Made by a program: the position numbers and the translations under genes. A DNA stretch of 64,000 bases from Octopus vulgaris (lineage: Eukaryota). Positions 63,885 to 64,000 of the stretch are shown piece after piece; the stretch's first letter is position 1; each line of letters begins with the position of its first letter. Below the pieces are notes generated by a model, which worked only from the letters and a program-made list of their open reading frames with translations, did no database searches and was not told the origin of the DNA. The stretch covers positions 14,880,001 to 14,944,000 of the forward strand of contig OX597840.1 in assembly GCA_951406725.2 (NCBI GenBank). Reading direction: 5' to 3'.

Positions 63885-64000
63885 TCGTGTACTTATTTAT
63901 TGCAGCAGTGAACAGATGTGTGTGTGTATGTATGTATATATGAATAAAAGTTGTAATGTAGTATTCTTACATACATAAATACCTACACATACACACTCAT

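Overview
AT-rich, repeat-saturated eukaryotic DNA that looks intronic or intergenic. The SINE families and microsatellite load resemble an Octopus (coleoid cephalopod) genome; this is an inference. There is no confident host protein-coding gene, and almost all listed ORFs are microsatellite translations. The recognisable content is a transposon graveyard: three tRNA-derived SINE families, RTE/RTEX, R4/Dong-like and HERO-like LINE fragments, a Naiad-type Penelope-like element with an inverted terminal repeat, mariner and DD37D-like relics, piggyBac/hAT/pogo MITEs, Helitrons (one composite, with a PIF1 fragment and a minisatellite) and several palindromes. The most notable signals are: (1) about ten type I hammerhead-ribozyme-like motifs, including a repeat family with a compensatory G3:C8 core (GUGAACA) and fully paired stems; (2) a candidate recursive-splicing site with an 84-nt poison exon at 25.5 kb; (3) an RTE 3'UTR expanded into a ~330-bp tandem array. 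All coordinates were read by eye and may be off by a few bases.
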